NCBI GenBank assembly: GCA_039794085.1
Contig: JBDIWC010000017.1
Location: forward strand, 10,586-74,585
From: Gemmatimonadales bacterium
Lineage (GTDB): Bacteria > Gemmatimonadota > Gemmatimonadetes > Gemmatimonadales > GWC2-71-9
Length of the DNA stretch: 64,000 bases
Direction: 5' to 3'
The position numbers were made by a program, and so were the translations under genes. Position 1 is the stretch's first letter. The number at the start of each line of letters is the position of its first letter. Below the pieces are notes generated by a model. That model was not told the DNA's origin. It searched no databases and was given only the letters and a program-made list of their open reading frames with translations. Positions 1 through 10,790 of the stretch are shown piece after piece.

Positions 1-314
1 TAGTCGAGGAAGGCGAGCGGGAGGGCGCCATGGACCAGGATGTCATTGACGCTGTGATTCACCAGATCCTCGCCCACGGTGTCGAGACGCCCGGTGTCGC
101 GCGCCACCAGCACCTTGGTCCCCACGCCGTCGGTGCTCATCACCAGCACCGGATCGGTGTAGCCGGGCGGAATCCGGACCATCCCTCCGAAGGCCCCGAC
201 CGCTCCGACCGAATGCAGGGTCCGGGCGCTCCTCACCGCCTCGGCGATGCGGGCCTTGGCGCGGTCCGCCGCCTCCAGGTCGACTCCCGCCGCCGCATAC
301 TGCCGTTCGGTCAC
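1..314 (-). CDS. purM: Phosphoribosylformylglycinamidine cyclo-ligase, N-terminal part (runs off window)
   Basis: Manual translation from GTG at 314 (GTGA overlap with upstream stop): VTERQYAAAGVDLEAAD...GAFGGMV...VLVMSTDGVGTK...DLVNHSVNDIL, typical PurM motifs. Not in the ORF track because it has no stop in the window. Confidence 0.9.
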   Translation of the reverse strand, partial: MTERQYAAAGVDLEAADRAKARIAEAVRSARTLHSVGAVGAFGGMVRIPPGYTDPVLVMSTDGVGTKVLVARDTGRLDTVGEDLVNHSVNDILVHGALPLAFLD

Positions 315-1231
315 AGCACCTGCTCCGCCCGGTCCACGTGGGTGAGATCGGCAAACTGGGCCACGCGCCGCTGAATGTCCGCGGTCGTGATGCGGTCGAA
401 CCCCTTGATGCCGAACCCGGCCACCGCGTACGAGCCCATCGCGGATCCGTAGACCATCGCATGCCGGAGGTGTTCCCCCGTCAGATCCGCCCGACGGGCC
501 AGGTAGGCCATGAATCCCCCGGCGAAGGCGTCGCCCGCCCCGGTGGGATCGAACACCTCCTCCAGCGGCCAGGCCGGGGCGTAGAAGGTCCGGCCCGGCT
601 CCATGAGGATGGCGCCGTGTTCCCCCTGCTTGATCACCACCCGCTTGGGACCCTTCGAGAGGATCCAGCGGCCCGCCCGGTGGATGTTCCAGTCCCCGGA
701 GAGTTCGCGGGCCTCGCTGTCGTTCACCATCAGGATGTCGACCCGCGTGAGAAGCTCGAGCAGGGTATCCTTCTTCGACTGGATCCAGTAGTTCATGGTA
801 TCACAGGCGATGATGGCCGGCTGCACCATCTGGTCGAGAACGCTGAGTTGCAGCTCGGGGTCGATGTTGCCGAGGAAGACGAAACGCGCCGCCCGGAAAT
901 GGGCCGGAAGCGTCGGCTGAAAATCGGCGAATACGCCCAGTCGGGTGTCCAGGGTTTCCCGGCTCTGCAGGTCGTAGGAATACTTCCCCTTCCACCGAAA
1001 GCTCTCCCCCTCGGCGTGTTCCACCCCGCTCCAGTCGATCCCGCGCTCGGCGAGCCGGTCGAGTTCGTGTGTCGGGTAGTCGGAACCCACCACGCCCACC
1101 ACCTGGACCGGGGCGAGGAGCGAGCCGGCCACGCTGAAGTACACGGCCGAGCCGCCGATCGCATCGGCGGTTTCCCCGAAGGGGGTGTGAATCGAGTCGA
1201 GGGCCACACTGCCGACAACGAGCAGGCTCAT
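311..1231 (-). CDS. PfkB/ribokinase-family carbohydrate kinase
   Basis: VVGSVALD start, GGSA motif, DPTGAGDAFAGGF PfkB signature. Confidence 0.9.
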   Translation of the reverse strand: MSLLVVGSVALDSIHTPFGETADAIGGSAVYFSVAGSLLAPVQVVGVVGSDYPTHELDRLAERGIDWSGVEHAEGESFRWKGKYSYDLQSRETLDTRLGVFADFQPTLPAHFRAARFVFLGNIDPELQLSVLDQMVQPAIIACDTMNYWIQSKKDTLLELLTRVDILMVNDSEARELSGDWNIHRAGRWILSKGPKRVVIKQGEHGAILMEPGRTFYAPAWPLEEVFDPTGAGDAFAGGFMAYLARRADLTGEHLRHAMVYGSAMGSYAVAGFGIKGFDRITTADIQRRVAQFADLTHVDRAEQVL

Positions 1232-1233
1232 GA

Positions 1234-2868
1234 TTACATCCGATCGGGGGCGGAAATGCCGAGGACGGTGAGTCCATTGGCGAGGACGATGCGGGCAGCC
1301 TGCGCAAGAGCCAGACGCGCGCTCTCGACGGAGGGAGGTTCACCGAGGACCCGGCACCGGTGGTACCACCCGTGCGCGGTCCGGGCGAGGTCCTCGAGAT
1401 AGGCGGTGACCTGGTGGGGCTCCCGGTCGCGGGCGGCCCGGTCGACGAGGTCGGGGAAGAGCATGAGCTTCTTGAGAAGCTCGGTGTCCTCCGGGGCCGG
1501 AAGGTCCGCGGGGTTCCCGTCGGTGATCACGGCGGGATCGCGCTCGGCGGTGCGGAAGATGCCGCTCATCCGGGCATGGGCCATCTGCACGTAGAAGACG
1601 GGATTCTCGTCGGTCTGCCGGGTGGCGAGTTCCACGTCGAACACAAACTGGGCATCGTGACGCCGCATCAGGAAGAAATAGCGGGCGGCATCCACGCCGA
1701 CCTCATCCACCAGCTCCCGCAGGGTGACAAAGTCGCCCGCCCGCTTGGACATCTTCACTTCCTCCCCGCCTCGGACCACCTTCACCAATTGGACCAGGGC
1801 CACTTCGAAGAAGGAGTCGGGATATCCCAGTGCCCTCAAGGCGGCGCGCATCCGCGGGATATAACCGTGGTGGTCGGCTCCCCAGACATCGATGGCCAGG
1901 GTGAAGCCCCGGGTGTGCTTGTCCCGATGGTAGGCGATGTCGGGCACCAGGTAGGTCAGCGACCCGTCCGACTTCCGGAGAACCCGGTCCTTGTCGTCTC
2001 CAAAGCGGCTGGTGCGGAGCCAGAGCGCCCCCTCCGCCTCGAACGTGAGCCCCCGCTGGGCGAGTTCCGCGAGCGTGTCCTCCACCTTTCCGTCGTCGTA
2101 CATCGCCTGCTCCGAGCCCCACACGTCGAAGTGTACCCGGAGGTCCCGCAGGAGGGTGTCCTGTTCGTCCCGCTGGGTGCGGAGAGCGAACGCCCGGCAG
2201 AGCGAAAGGGCCTCGGCCCGGTCGCGGTCGGCGAGGGCAGGTCCCTCCTCCGCCAGCAGAGCGCTCGCGGCCTCCACCAGGTACTCCCCATGGTATCCTC
2301 CCTCCGGGATGGACGCCTCCTGCCCGGCCTGCTGCCGGACCCGGGCGAGGAGGCTCTCCGCCAACCGGTCGATCTGGACCCCCGCGTCGTTGATGTAGAA
2401 CTCCCGCGTCACGTCGTGACCGGTCCACTCCAGAAGGGAGGCGATGGCGTCTCCGAGTGCGGCGCCCCGCCCGTGCCCGACATGCAGGGGTCCGGTTGGG
2501 TTGGCGGACACGAACTCCACGTTCACCCGCTGGTCGGCGCCGACGGTGGATCGGCCCCAGGACGGGCCGTCACGCAGAATGGTCTGCAATGCCGAGCGGA
2601 GAACATCCTCCGCCAGCCAGAAATTGATGAAACCCGGTCCGGCGATCTCGGTGCGGGCCACGATCCCGTCGGGAAGGGCCAGCGCCGCCACGACCTCCTG
2701 CGCCAGGGCGCGGGGGTTGGTCTTGCGTCCCTTGGCGAGAACCATGGCGAGGTTCGTGGCCCAGTCCCCGTGAGTGGGGTCGCGGGGCCGCTCGAGCACG
2801 AAGGGGGCATCCGGCTCCCCGAGCCCGGCGGCGATCCGTCCCAGTTCGGCGCGGAGGAGATCGCTCAC
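1234..2868 (-). CDS. argS: Arginine--tRNA ligase
   Basis: EFVSANPTGPLHVGHGR (HIGH-like), WGADHHGY, KMSKR; likely start GTG 2868 overlapping the FmdB stop. Confidence 0.96.
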   Translation of the reverse strand: MSDLLRAELGRIAAGLGEPDAPFVLERPRDPTHGDWATNLAMVLAKGRKTNPRALAQEVVAALALPDGIVARTEIAGPGFINFWLAEDVLRSALQTILRDGPSWGRSTVGADQRVNVEFVSANPTGPLHVGHGRGAALGDAIASLLEWTGHDVTREFYINDAGVQIDRLAESLLARVRQQAGQEASIPEGGYHGEYLVEAASALLAEEGPALADRDRAEALSLCRAFALRTQRDEQDTLLRDLRVHFDVWGSEQAMYDDGKVEDTLAELAQRGLTFEAEGALWLRTSRFGDDKDRVLRKSDGSLTYLVPDIAYHRDKHTRGFTLAIDVWGADHHGYIPRMRAALRALGYPDSFFEVALVQLVKVVRGGEEVKMSKRAGDFVTLRELVDEVGVDAARYFFLMRRHDAQFVFDVELATRQTDENPVFYVQMAHARMSGIFRTAERDPAVITDGNPADLPAPEDTELLKKLMLFPDLVDRAARDREPHQVTAYLEDLARTAHGWYHRCRVLGEPPSVESARLALAQAARIVLANGLTVLGISAPDRM

Positions 2869-3206
2869 TCGCCGCCCGTGGGTCTGGGCGGCTTCGGGGC
2901 GCGGGAGGCCTTGGCGGCAGGGGCGGAAGCGGGTTCGGTGGACGAGGAGGAGGTGGCCTCCGTGCCGGATTCCTTGGGCGCTTCCGTCGGGGCCCCCTCG
3001 CTCTCCGGTTTGCGAGGGCCTTTCCCATCCTTCCCGTAGTCGGTGATGTAGAAGCCCGAACCCTTGAACACGAGGCCCGCGCCCCCGGAGATCTTCCGGG
3101 TGGCCACCTTGCCGCATTCGGGACACCGGGTACGCGGCTTTTCCGAGATCTTCTGCATGACCTCGAACTCATGATCGTTGGGACAGCGGTATTCGTACGT
3201 GGGCAT
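2865..3206 (-). CDS. FmdB-family zinc-ribbon protein with low-complexity tail
   Basis: MPTYEYRC...FEV.QKISE...CPECG...FKGSGFYITDY; AGGAG upstream of ATG 3206. Confidence 0.88.
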   Translation of the reverse strand: MPTYEYRCPNDHEFEVMQKISEKPRTRCPECGKVATRKISGGAGLVFKGSGFYITDYGKDGKGPRKPESEGAPTEAPKESGTEATSSSSTEPASAPAAKASRAPKPPRPTGGE

Positions 3207-3310
3207 CGGGTCTGACACTCCTTCAAGATCGCAAACAGCCAAAAAAGTTATGCGGAAAGCAGGTTCCAGACAACCGGACAGGACTCCCGGCGCCGGCCGG
3301 GGCGACCGTG

Positions 3311-3973
3311 TCAGGGATCGGCGGCAAGGGCCGACACATCCACACGGTGGCCTCCCGGGAACCGTGTCAGCCGATGGGGAACGTCCGCCTCCTCCAGGCG
3401 GGCAACCTCCCGGGACACGACCTCCGGAGTGAGGTAGGGGTCTTCGCGTCCCACCATCAGGTGAAGCGGGGCGCGGAGTGCCTTGCGCAGGTGCGCCAGG
3501 TTCAGGTCCGGCGGCACGCCACCCCCCCAGAGCACGAGCCGATCCACGGCGAGTGCCCCGTTCACGGCCCAGCGTGCCGCCGTCGCGGCGCCCTGGGAGA
3601 ATCCATGGACCTCCACTCGGAGCGCCGAGGTCGAGAGCCGCGGCACCAGCTCCGCCGCGATCAGGTCCAGGAACCGGATGTAGTCGGTGATCTCGGCATC
3701 CCGCTCCAGGCGGGTCATCCAGCTGGCACCCACCTGATCCTGAGTTCCGCCGACATAGGCCCGGGAGAGTCCTTCAGGAGCCAGGATCACTCGCCCGGGC
3801 AAACTGGCCGGGCCAAATGCGCGGAGGAACCGGTCGGCCGCCTGCAGGTAGCCGTGGCAGACGATCCAGAGCTCCGTCGCCTCGGGGCCGGGTTCGCCCA
3901 GGGTGAAATACCGTGCGGTGCGGGGCACCAGGAGACGGTGAGGCTGCGGCTCCGGTGTCCCGGCTTCATCCAT
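3311..3973 (-). CDS. Alpha/beta hydrolase (phospholipase/carboxylesterase-like)
   Basis: CHGY, VGASWMTR, GFSQG nucleophile elbow, Asp and GGH; ATG 3973. Confidence 0.85.
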   Translation of the reverse strand: MDEAGTPEPQPHRLLVPRTARYFTLGEPGPEATELWIVCHGYLQAADRFLRAFGPASLPGRVILAPEGLSRAYVGGTQDQVGASWMTRLERDAEITDYIRFLDLIAAELVPRLSTSALRVEVHGFSQGAATAARWAVNGALAVDRLVLWGGGVPPDLNLAHLRKALRAPLHLMVGREDPYLTPEVVSREVARLEEADVPHRLTRFPGGHRVDVSALAADP

Positions 3974-4343
3974 GGTGCTCGTGGCGCTCCGAGGGACGGA
4001 CCGAGAGATCGAGGGCCAGGAAAAGGGTCTTGGCAAAGGGGTAGAAGATCAGGGGCGTCAGGAGAGCCAGCGCCGGGAGCCCGTATTGCAGCAGGGTCCA
4101 TGGAGGTGAGGGCCAGGTGAGCAGCAGGGTCCCGATGAACAGCGTGGCGGTCACGCCCTCGGCGAAGAGCAGGTTGAGCCAGAAGCCGCCGAGGGAATAC
4201 CCGTCCTCCTTGCGGTTCAGCGTCAGGTGGCAGGAGGGGCACTGGTCGCTGATCCGCACCCACTGCCGAAAGATGGGGCCCCCGCCACAGACGGGGCACC
4301 GTCGGCGCAGAGCACGCCGGAACAGGGTCCATCGCCCCGGCAG
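3966..4343 (-). CDS. DUF983-family membrane protein (start uncertain; CTG at 4343, ORF open to 4397)
   Basis: ALRRRCPVCGGGPIF...CPSC...EDGY followed by two hydrophobic helices and YPFAKTLFLALD. Confidence 0.78.
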   Translation of the reverse strand: MPGRWTLFRRALRRRCPVCGGGPIFRQWVRISDQCPSCHLTLNRKEDGYSLGGFWLNLLFAEGVTATLFIGTLLLTWPSPPWTLLQYGLPALALLTPLIFYPFAKTLFLALDLSVRPSERHEHHG

Positions 4344-4356
4344 GGGGGGGGCCGGG

Positions 4357-5904
4357 TCAGGGACGGTAGATGCCGAAGACGTCGCGAAGTGTGTCACTGA
4401 TCTCTCCCAGGGTGGCCCGCACGCGGACCGCCTCGATGATGAAGGGTATGAGCGGGTCGGTGCCCGCGGCGGCCACGCGCAACTGGCCCAGAGCGTCGGC
4501 CACGGCGGCGGAATTTCGAGCGGCGCGGGCGTGGCTCAGGCGGTCACGCTGCCGGGTAGCCAGGGCGCGGAAGTCCGGCGCGGGAGCAATCGGCCGGGTG
4601 GAATCGTCGGTGAAGCGGTTCACCCCGACGATCACCAGGTCCCCCCGTTCCCGGGCCTGCTGCTGTTCCCAGGCGCTCCGTCCAATCGCCTCCTGAAAGT
4701 AACCTCGTTCGATGGCTCGGGCCGACCCGCCCAGCGCGTCGATGTCCTCGACGAGGGCGCGAGCCTCGGCCATGATCCGGTCGGTCAGGGCTTCCACATG
4801 ATACGACCCGGCCAGCGGGTCCACCGTGCGGGTGACTCCGCTCTCGTAGGCCAGGATCTGTTGGGTTCGGAGCGCAAGGGTGGCGGCCTCCTCGGTCGGG
4901 AGGGAGAGGGCCTCGTCGTATCCGTTCGTGTGGAGCGACTGCGTACCTCCGAGAACGGCCGCGAGGGCCTGCACCGTGACCCGGACCACGTTGGTGAGGG
5001 GCTGCTGAGCCTGGAGAGTCACCCCCCCCGTCTGGGTATGAAACCGGAGACGGCAGGCGGCATCCCCCGCGGCGTAGCGCTCCCGCAGGAGGAGTGCCCA
5101 GAGGGTTCGTGCCGCCCGGAACTTGGCCGCCTCCTCGAAGAGGTCGTTGTGCGCGGCAAAAAAGAAGGAAAGCCGGGGGGCGAAGCGGTCCACCGGGAGG
5201 CCTGCCGCCACGGCGCGCCCCACGTATTCGAGCGCGTTGGCGAGGGTGAACCCGACCTCCTGGACCGCGGTGGCCCCCGCCTCCCGCATGTGGTAGCCGC
5301 TGATGCTGATCGGGTTGAAATCCATGCCGGCGTCGGCCGTGAAGCGGAAGATGTCCACGATGAGCCGCAGCGACGGCTCCGGCGGGAAGATCCAGGTGCC
5401 CCGGGCGATGTACTCCTTCAGGATGTCGTTCTGAATGGTCCCGGCCAGCTGCGTCCGGGAGACGCCCTGCTCCTCCCCCACCACGACATACATGGCGAGG
5501 AGAATCGCGGCGGTGGCGTTGATGGTCATCGAGGTGGAGACCTGGTCCAGGGGAATCTCCCGAAACAGCTCCGCCAGGTCGTCCACGGTGTCGATGGCCA
5601 CGCCAACCCGGCCCACCTCTCCGTCGGCCATCGGATGATCGGAGTCGTACCCCATCTGGGTGGGAAGGTCGAAGGCGGTCGACAAGCCGGTCTGCCCCGC
5701 GGCGAGGAGGGCCCGGAATCGTTCGTTGGTCTCCGCCGCGGTCCCGAAGCCGGCGTACTGCCGCATGGTCCACGGCCGCCCGGTGTACATGGTCGGATAG
5801 ATGCCGCGCCGGTACGGGAACACGCCGGGCGTGCCAGGGTCCACCGGGGTGGTCGGGGGCCCCACCACCGGATCAACCGGGAGGAGCCCCGGATCGCCAC
5901 TCAT
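4357..5904 (-). CDS. Methylmalonyl-CoA mutase family, catalytic (large) subunit without B12-binding domain
   Basis: [63 protein letters not shown]. Confidence 0.92.
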   Translation of the reverse strand: MSGDPGLLPVDPVVGPPTTPVDPGTPGVFPYRRGIYPTMYTGRPWTMRQYAGFGTAAETNERFRALLAAGQTGLSTAFDLPTQMGYDSDHPMADGEVGRVGVAIDTVDDLAELFREIPLDQVSTSMTINATAAILLAMYVVVGEEQGVSRTQLAGTIQNDILKEYIARGTWIFPPEPSLRLIVDIFRFTADAGMDFNPISISGYHMREAGATAVQEVGFTLANALEYVGRAVAAGLPVDRFAPRLSFFFAAHNDLFEEAAKFRAARTLWALLLRERYAAGDAACRLRFHTQTGGVTLQAQQPLTNVVRVTVQALAAVLGGTQSLHTNGYDEALSLPTEEAATLALRTQQILAYESGVTRTVDPLAGSYHVEALTDRIMAEARALVEDIDALGGSARAIERGYFQEAIGRSAWEQQQARERGDLVIVGVNRFTDDSTRPIAPAPDFRALATRQRDRLSHARAARNSAAVADALGQLRVAAAGTDPLIPFIIEAVRVRATLGEISDTLRDVFGIYRP

Positions 5905-6914
5905 TCCCCGTGCTCCCGCAGCATCTCCATCACGAAGGCCACATCCGCGGCCGACCCGATCACCAGGGGAGTGCGCTGGTGGAGACGGTCGGCCTGGATG
6001 TCGAGGATCCGGCGGGTTCCGTCCGTGGCGGCGCCCCCGGCCTGTTCCGCAATGAACGCCATCGGCGCCGCCTCGTACGAGAGGCGAAGCTTCCCCTCGG
6101 GGGCGTGGCGATACCCCGGATAGAGAAAGATGCCTCCGGCGATGAGGTTGCGGTGGAAGTCGGCCACGAGGGCGCCGATGTACCGGCTCTTCTTCCGTTC
6201 CATCCGCTCCGGCAGATCGCCGTGGAAGCCGCGCACCGCCATCTGCATCCCGCGGCTCCAGTGCGCATAATTGCTCTCGTTGACGCTGTAATAGGTCCCC
6301 CGGGCCGGTGTGCGGATGTTTCGATGCGACAGCAGAAACTCCCCGATCGTCGGGTCGAGGGTGAATCCATGCACCCCCTGGCCCGTCGTGTAGACCAGCA
6401 TCACGCTCGATCCGTACAGCACATAGCCTGCCGCCACCTGCTCCGATCCCCGCTGCAGCACGTCCGCCATGGTGCCCGAGCCCTCCATCGACACCCGGCG
6501 ATAGATGCTGAAGATGGTGCCCACCGAGCAGTTGACGTCGATGTTGGAGGAGCCATCCAGGGGATCGAAGAGGATGGCGTACTTCCCATGCCGGTACTGC
6601 TCGGGAATCGGGATCAGTTCCTCATCTTCCTCGCTCGCCATCACACACACCCGCCCGGTGTGACACATCGCGTTCTTCAACGTTTCGTTGGCGAAGATGT
6701 CGAGCTTCATCTGCTCCTCGCCCTGCACGTTGGTCTGCCCGGCCGTGCCGAGAATGTGCACCAGACCCGCCCGCCGAATGGAGGCGGCGATGATCTTGCT
6801 GCCCAGGGCGATGTCGTAGAGCAAATTGGACAACTCCCCCGTGGCATCGGGAAAGTTGCGCTCCTGGTCGATGATGAACCGCTCGATCGTGGTTACGGAC
6901 GTTCCGTTCAGCAC
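5901..6914 (-). CDS. fbp: Fructose-1,6-bisphosphatase class 1
   Basis: [36 protein letters not shown] before GTG 6914. Confidence 0.95.
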   Translation of the reverse strand: MLNGTSVTTIERFIIDQERNFPDATGELSNLLYDIALGSKIIAASIRRAGLVHILGTAGQTNVQGEEQMKLDIFANETLKNAMCHTGRVCVMASEEDEELIPIPEQYRHGKYAILFDPLDGSSNIDVNCSVGTIFSIYRRVSMEGSGTMADVLQRGSEQVAAGYVLYGSSVMLVYTTGQGVHGFTLDPTIGEFLLSHRNIRTPARGTYYSVNESNYAHWSRGMQMAVRGFHGDLPERMERKKSRYIGALVADFHRNLIAGGIFLYPGYRHAPEGKLRLSYEAAPMAFIAEQAGGAATDGTRRILDIQADRLHQRTPLVIGSAADVAFVMEMLREHGE

Positions 6915-9190
6915 GGCGATTGCTCCTGGTGCGCGTGACGACACCCCGCGGCAAACCGGAGGTGCCGGTCCTGCCCGGTCACGGTCACCGACTGCCCGTC
7001 GGTGGTGACCGTGATCGTTCCCTCTCTATCAGTCCGCCACACCTCGGCCCGGGCCGAGGCGAGACGGGCCAGGGTTTCCGGGGCGGGATGGCCGAACCGG
7101 TTGAGGCCCAGACTGATGACCGCCACCCGGGGGCTCAGCTCCGCGAGCCACCCGGTCCCGGTGGCGCTCCGGCTCCCGTGGTGCCCCACCTTCAGGACAT
7201 CGACGCGTCCCACGGTGCCCGCCAGGTGCTCCTCGGCCGGCCCACCCGCGTCTCCCGCAAGCACCGCCCGGAATGCACCGTACTCCACCAGCAGCATGGC
7301 CGAATCCTCGTTCAGGTCGAGCCCCCAGGCCCGTCGCGTCGTGTCGGGGTGCAACACCCGCCAGCGCACTCCGTCCATTTCCCACTCCTCTCCCGATCGG
7401 GCGGCCAGGAGGGGAATCCCGAGTTCCTCCACCTGATCGAGCAGGTGACGATACACCGTGTCGGACACCGGAACCACCGGTTCCATCAGCCAACCGGGGC
7501 GGAACTGGTCCAGGACCACCGAAACCCCGCCCAGGTGATCGAGGTGGGCGTGAGAAACCACCACGCCGGCCAACCGATCCACACCCTGTCGGCGAAGGAA
7601 TGGCGTCACCACCCGGCGTCCCGCGTCCCACCGGGGCGATCGGGGGCCGGCGTCCACCAGGACCCAGCGCCCGGCCGGAGTGCGGATCAGGGCGGCGTCT
7701 CCCTGTCCCACGTCGAGAAAATGTAATGCCAGCGTTCCCGGTTCGTGACGGATTGATCGCCAGGCGGTGGGAACCAGGAGCGCCCAGGCGAGTCCCGTCA
7801 CCACCCAGAGGGTGCGACGAGCCGCTTCGTTCCGCCGCACGACGCCTCCTCCGGTGACCCACAGCGCCACTCCGAGGGCCACCAGGGGACCTGTGGCCGC
7901 GGCCGGACCCGGTTCCATCACCCATTGCCCGGAGGGGATCCCCGCCCCGTGGGTGGCGAGCCCGGAGAGCAGGTCGAGAAGGGCACCCGCACCCGCCGCC
8001 AGTCGAGTGGCCACGGCCGGGAACACCGGAGCCAGGAGAAGGCCCCCCAGGATGCCGGGGATCATGGTGGCGGCGAGAGGAATGGCCACGAGATTGAGCG
8101 CCACCCCGATCGGGGCCACCGATCCGAACACGACCGCGGTGACCGGTGCCGTCGCCAGGGTGGCGCCGACGGAACTGGCGAGGAGTTGGGTCACGGTTCC
8201 GTGGAAACCGGAATCACGGCACCAGCGAAGGGCGTATACGGTGCCCCAGACGGCGGCGAACGACAGCCAGGCCCCCGGGGAGAGAAGGGCGGTGGGCTGG
8301 AACCAGAAGATGAGAACGGCGCTTGTCCCCAACACCCCCGACGGCCTCACTCGGCGTTGCCGCACCCGGGCCCAGGCGGCACAGGAGGTCATGATCGCGG
8401 CGCGGGCCGCGGGAACGGGCCACCCCAGGGCCGCCGCATACCCCAGCGCCACCAGACCGGCTCCTCCCCAGGCCCACGGCACGGGAGCTCGCAGGAGGCG
8501 AAGGAGGAGCAGAACCCACCCCGCGACCAGGCCGACGTGGAAGCCGCTGATGGCCAGGAGGTGGGCCAGACCGGAGGCCGCAAAGAGGTCGCGGAGGGCG
8601 GGGTCGAGGTTGGTGCGGCGTCCGATCACCATCGCCTCGACCAGGGGCGCGCGACGCGCTCCGTACTGGACGGCGATCGTGCGCCGAAGCCACTCCTGAA
8701 TCCGGGCCGGCAGGGGACGATGGGCGGAGTCCGCCGTCTCGATCCGGCGCAGGACGAGGATGCCGGGTCGCGGACCATTGGGAGCGATCCAGCGGCCTTC
8801 TCCCCGCACCCGGGACCCCACCACGGGGACCGGTCCCCGGGTCGGCCATCGAGCCCGGATCTCGCCCCGGCAGTGTGCCTCGCGGGGCCGAACCACTCCA
8901 CCTCCCTCGCTCCCGTCGACCACCTGGAGGGTCAGGTGCACGGGCCCGGCGCGGAGCCGTGCCTCGCAGCGGGCCTCCTCCCTTCTCAGGGCCAGCATTC
9001 CCGAGGCGACGCCCGCCACCAGGATCGTCGCCACGAACCCGGCCTCCGGGGCCCGTTTCCACAGGAGCAGGGCCACGCCAAGAAGCATTCCGACGCCTCC
9101 GGGGGTCCCAAAACGCAAGAGGCCGGTCAATAGACCGGCCCCGGTGGTGAGCGCAACGAAGGCGACGGTGGGTCGTCGCCGGTGGGTCAT
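6908..9190 (-). CDS. comEC: DNA internalization competence protein ComEC/Rec2
   Basis: [14 protein letters not shown] competence domain, multiple TM helices, MBL domain LDVGQGDA...[10 protein letters not shown]...KVGHHGS. Confidence 0.93.
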   Translation of the reverse strand: MTHRRRPTVAFVALTTGAGLLTGLLRFGTPGGVGMLLGVALLLWKRAPEAGFVATILVAGVASGMLALRREEARCEARLRAGPVHLTLQVVDGSEGGGVVRPREAHCRGEIRARWPTRGPVPVVGSRVRGEGRWIAPNGPRPGILVLRRIETADSAHRPLPARIQEWLRRTIAVQYGARRAPLVEAMVIGRRTNLDPALRDLFAASGLAHLLAISGFHVGLVAGWVLLLLRLLRAPVPWAWGGAGLVALGYAAALGWPVPAARAAIMTSCAAWARVRQRRVRPSGVLGTSAVLIFWFQPTALLSPGAWLSFAAVWGTVYALRWCRDSGFHGTVTQLLASSVGATLATAPVTAVVFGSVAPIGVALNLVAIPLAATMIPGILGGLLLAPVFPAVATRLAAGAGALLDLLSGLATHGAGIPSGQWVMEPGPAAATGPLVALGVALWVTGGGVVRRNEAARRTLWVVTGLAWALLVPTAWRSIRHEPGTLALHFLDVGQGDAALIRTPAGRWVLVDAGPRSPRWDAGRRVVTPFLRRQGVDRLAGVVVSHAHLDHLGGVSVVLDQFRPGWLMEPVVPVSDTVYRHLLDQVEELGIPLLAARSGEEWEMDGVRWRVLHPDTTRRAWGLDLNEDSAMLLVEYGAFRAVLAGDAGGPAEEHLAGTVGRVDVLKVGHHGSRSATGTGWLAELSPRVAVISLGLNRFGHPAPETLARLASARAEVWRTDREGTITVTTDGQSVTVTGQDRHLRFAAGCRHAHQEQSPC

Positions 9191-9194
9191 GGGG

Positions 9195-9473
9195 TCATGG
9201 CTGCTTCTCCCGGCCGCAGCGGGGGGCCAGGTGGATGCGGCGGAAGGCGTCCAGCAGGACCACGTCGATGTCGGTCCGATTCTGCGACCGGTCGAGACTG
9301 AGCTCACTGATGACCGTCCCTTCCCGGCTCGCGACGTAGCGGGCGGGGAGCCGGTTCAACGCGTACACCAGCACGTCCGCCCGGCAGATGTCACACCCGC
9401 AGAAATCCGGGAAGTGACCCTTGAGAGCGTTGAACGCATCGAGCACGTGCTCCTGCACCAGGTTGCGAATCAT
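9195..9473 (-). CDS. ComFB-family protein
   Basis: MIRNLVQEHV...CGCDICRADVLVYALNRLPARYV, ComFB-type pattern. Confidence 0.82.
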   Translation of the reverse strand: MIRNLVQEHVLDAFNALKGHFPDFCGCDICRADVLVYALNRLPARYVASREGTVISELSLDRSQNRTDIDVVLLDAFRRIHLAPRCGREKQP

Positions 9474-10783
9474 GACAACACCGCCAGGGAGGGAGTGTCC
9501 ACGACGCCGGTGAATGTGGAACCCGTGGTTCCGGTAAGACGGGCTCGGCACCAGGTTCCCAGATGCTCGGGGCCGAGCGGAAGCAGCACCAGATGATTGC
9601 CCCGGGTGCGGCCCAGAAGCAGGTCGCCCCGGCGGGCCTTCCGCTCCACCAGCACCTCCTGCACCGTGCCGACCCGGGTGGCGTTGCGACGCCGCGCCTG
9701 GGTGCGCACCACCTCGATCAGGCGGGCAAGCCGGTCGGCGGCGACCTCCTCCGGGACGTGGTCGGCGAGGCGGACCGCGGGCGTGCCCTCGCGCACCGAA
9801 TACCGGAAGGTGTAGGCATCGTCAAACCCGGCCTCCTCCACCAGGGAGAGGGTCTCGCCAAACTGGGCTTCGGTTTCGCCCGGAAAACCCACGATGATGT
9901 CCGTGGAGAAGGTGATCGCGGGCAGGGCGGCCCGAAGCCGGCCCACCACGTCGAGATAGACTTCGCGGGTATAGCGCCGGAGCATTCGGCGCAACACGGC
10001 GTTGGACCCGCTCTGCACGGGCAGGTGCACGTGCTCGCACACGGATGGGGTCTCGGCCATCGCGGCGATCACCCGGTCGGTGAAGTCGGTGGGGTAGGGG
10101 CTCGTGAACCGCACCCGCCGGATGCCGTCCACCGCGCCGACGGCGCGAAGCAGGTCCCCGAAATCGTGGGTGCCATCGTTCCAGCTGTTGACCGTCTGCC
10201 CGAGTAGCGTCACCTCGCGGGTTCCGGTGCTCGAGAGCATCGCGACTTCCCGCACCACATCCGCGAGGGCGCGGCTCCGTTCCGGTCCCCGGGTGGTCGG
10301 AACGATGCAGAACGTGCACCGATAATCACACCCCCGTTGCACGGTGACGAAGGCCGTGGGCCCCGGTTCCCGGATGGCCGGCACATCCTCGTAATGCTCC
10401 CAGGACCGGAACTCGGTGTCCACGCTCCGTTCTCCCGCGGCGGCGGCGCGGATCAGGTCGGGCAGGTTGCGGTAGGCATCCGGGCCCACCACCAGGTCCA
10501 CCCGGGGAACCTGGGCCAGGAGGGCGGGACCGAGGCGCTGGGCCATGCACCCCACCACCCCGAGCACATCCCCCGGCCGTTTGTGGCGCTGCAACTCGCC
10601 CATGCGGCCGATCACCCGCTGCTCCGCATGATCGCGGACCGCGCAGGTGTTGACCAGCATCACGTCCGCGTCCTCCGGGGTCTCGGTCCGGGAAAAACCG
10701 TCACGCGCCAGCACGCCGAACATCGACTCGGTGTCGGCCACGTTCATCTGGCATCCGTAGGTCTCGATATAGACGCGTCGCAT
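9470..10783 (-). CDS. miaB: tRNA-2-methylthio-N6-dimethylallyladenosine synthase
   Basis: ETYGCQMN, NTCAVR, radical SAM CDYRCTFC, C-terminal TRAM domain. Confidence 0.95.
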   Translation of the reverse strand: MRRVYIETYGCQMNVADTESMFGVLARDGFSRTETPEDADVMLVNTCAVRDHAEQRVIGRMGELQRHKRPGDVLGVVGCMAQRLGPALLAQVPRVDLVVGPDAYRNLPDLIRAAAAGERSVDTEFRSWEHYEDVPAIREPGPTAFVTVQRGCDYRCTFCIVPTTRGPERSRALADVVREVAMLSSTGTREVTLLGQTVNSWNDGTHDFGDLLRAVGAVDGIRRVRFTSPYPTDFTDRVIAAMAETPSVCEHVHLPVQSGSNAVLRRMLRRYTREVYLDVVGRLRAALPAITFSTDIIVGFPGETEAQFGETLSLVEEAGFDDAYTFRYSVREGTPAVRLADHVPEEVAADRLARLIEVVRTQARRRNATRVGTVQEVLVERKARRGDLLLGRTRGNHLVLLPLGPEHLGTWCRARLTGTTGSTFTGVVDTPSLAVLS

Positions 10784-10790
10784 CGATGGC

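Noticed and set aside
170..200. Apparent frameshift in purM
   Set aside because: Careful reading gives GCC TTC GGA GGG ATG GTC in frame.
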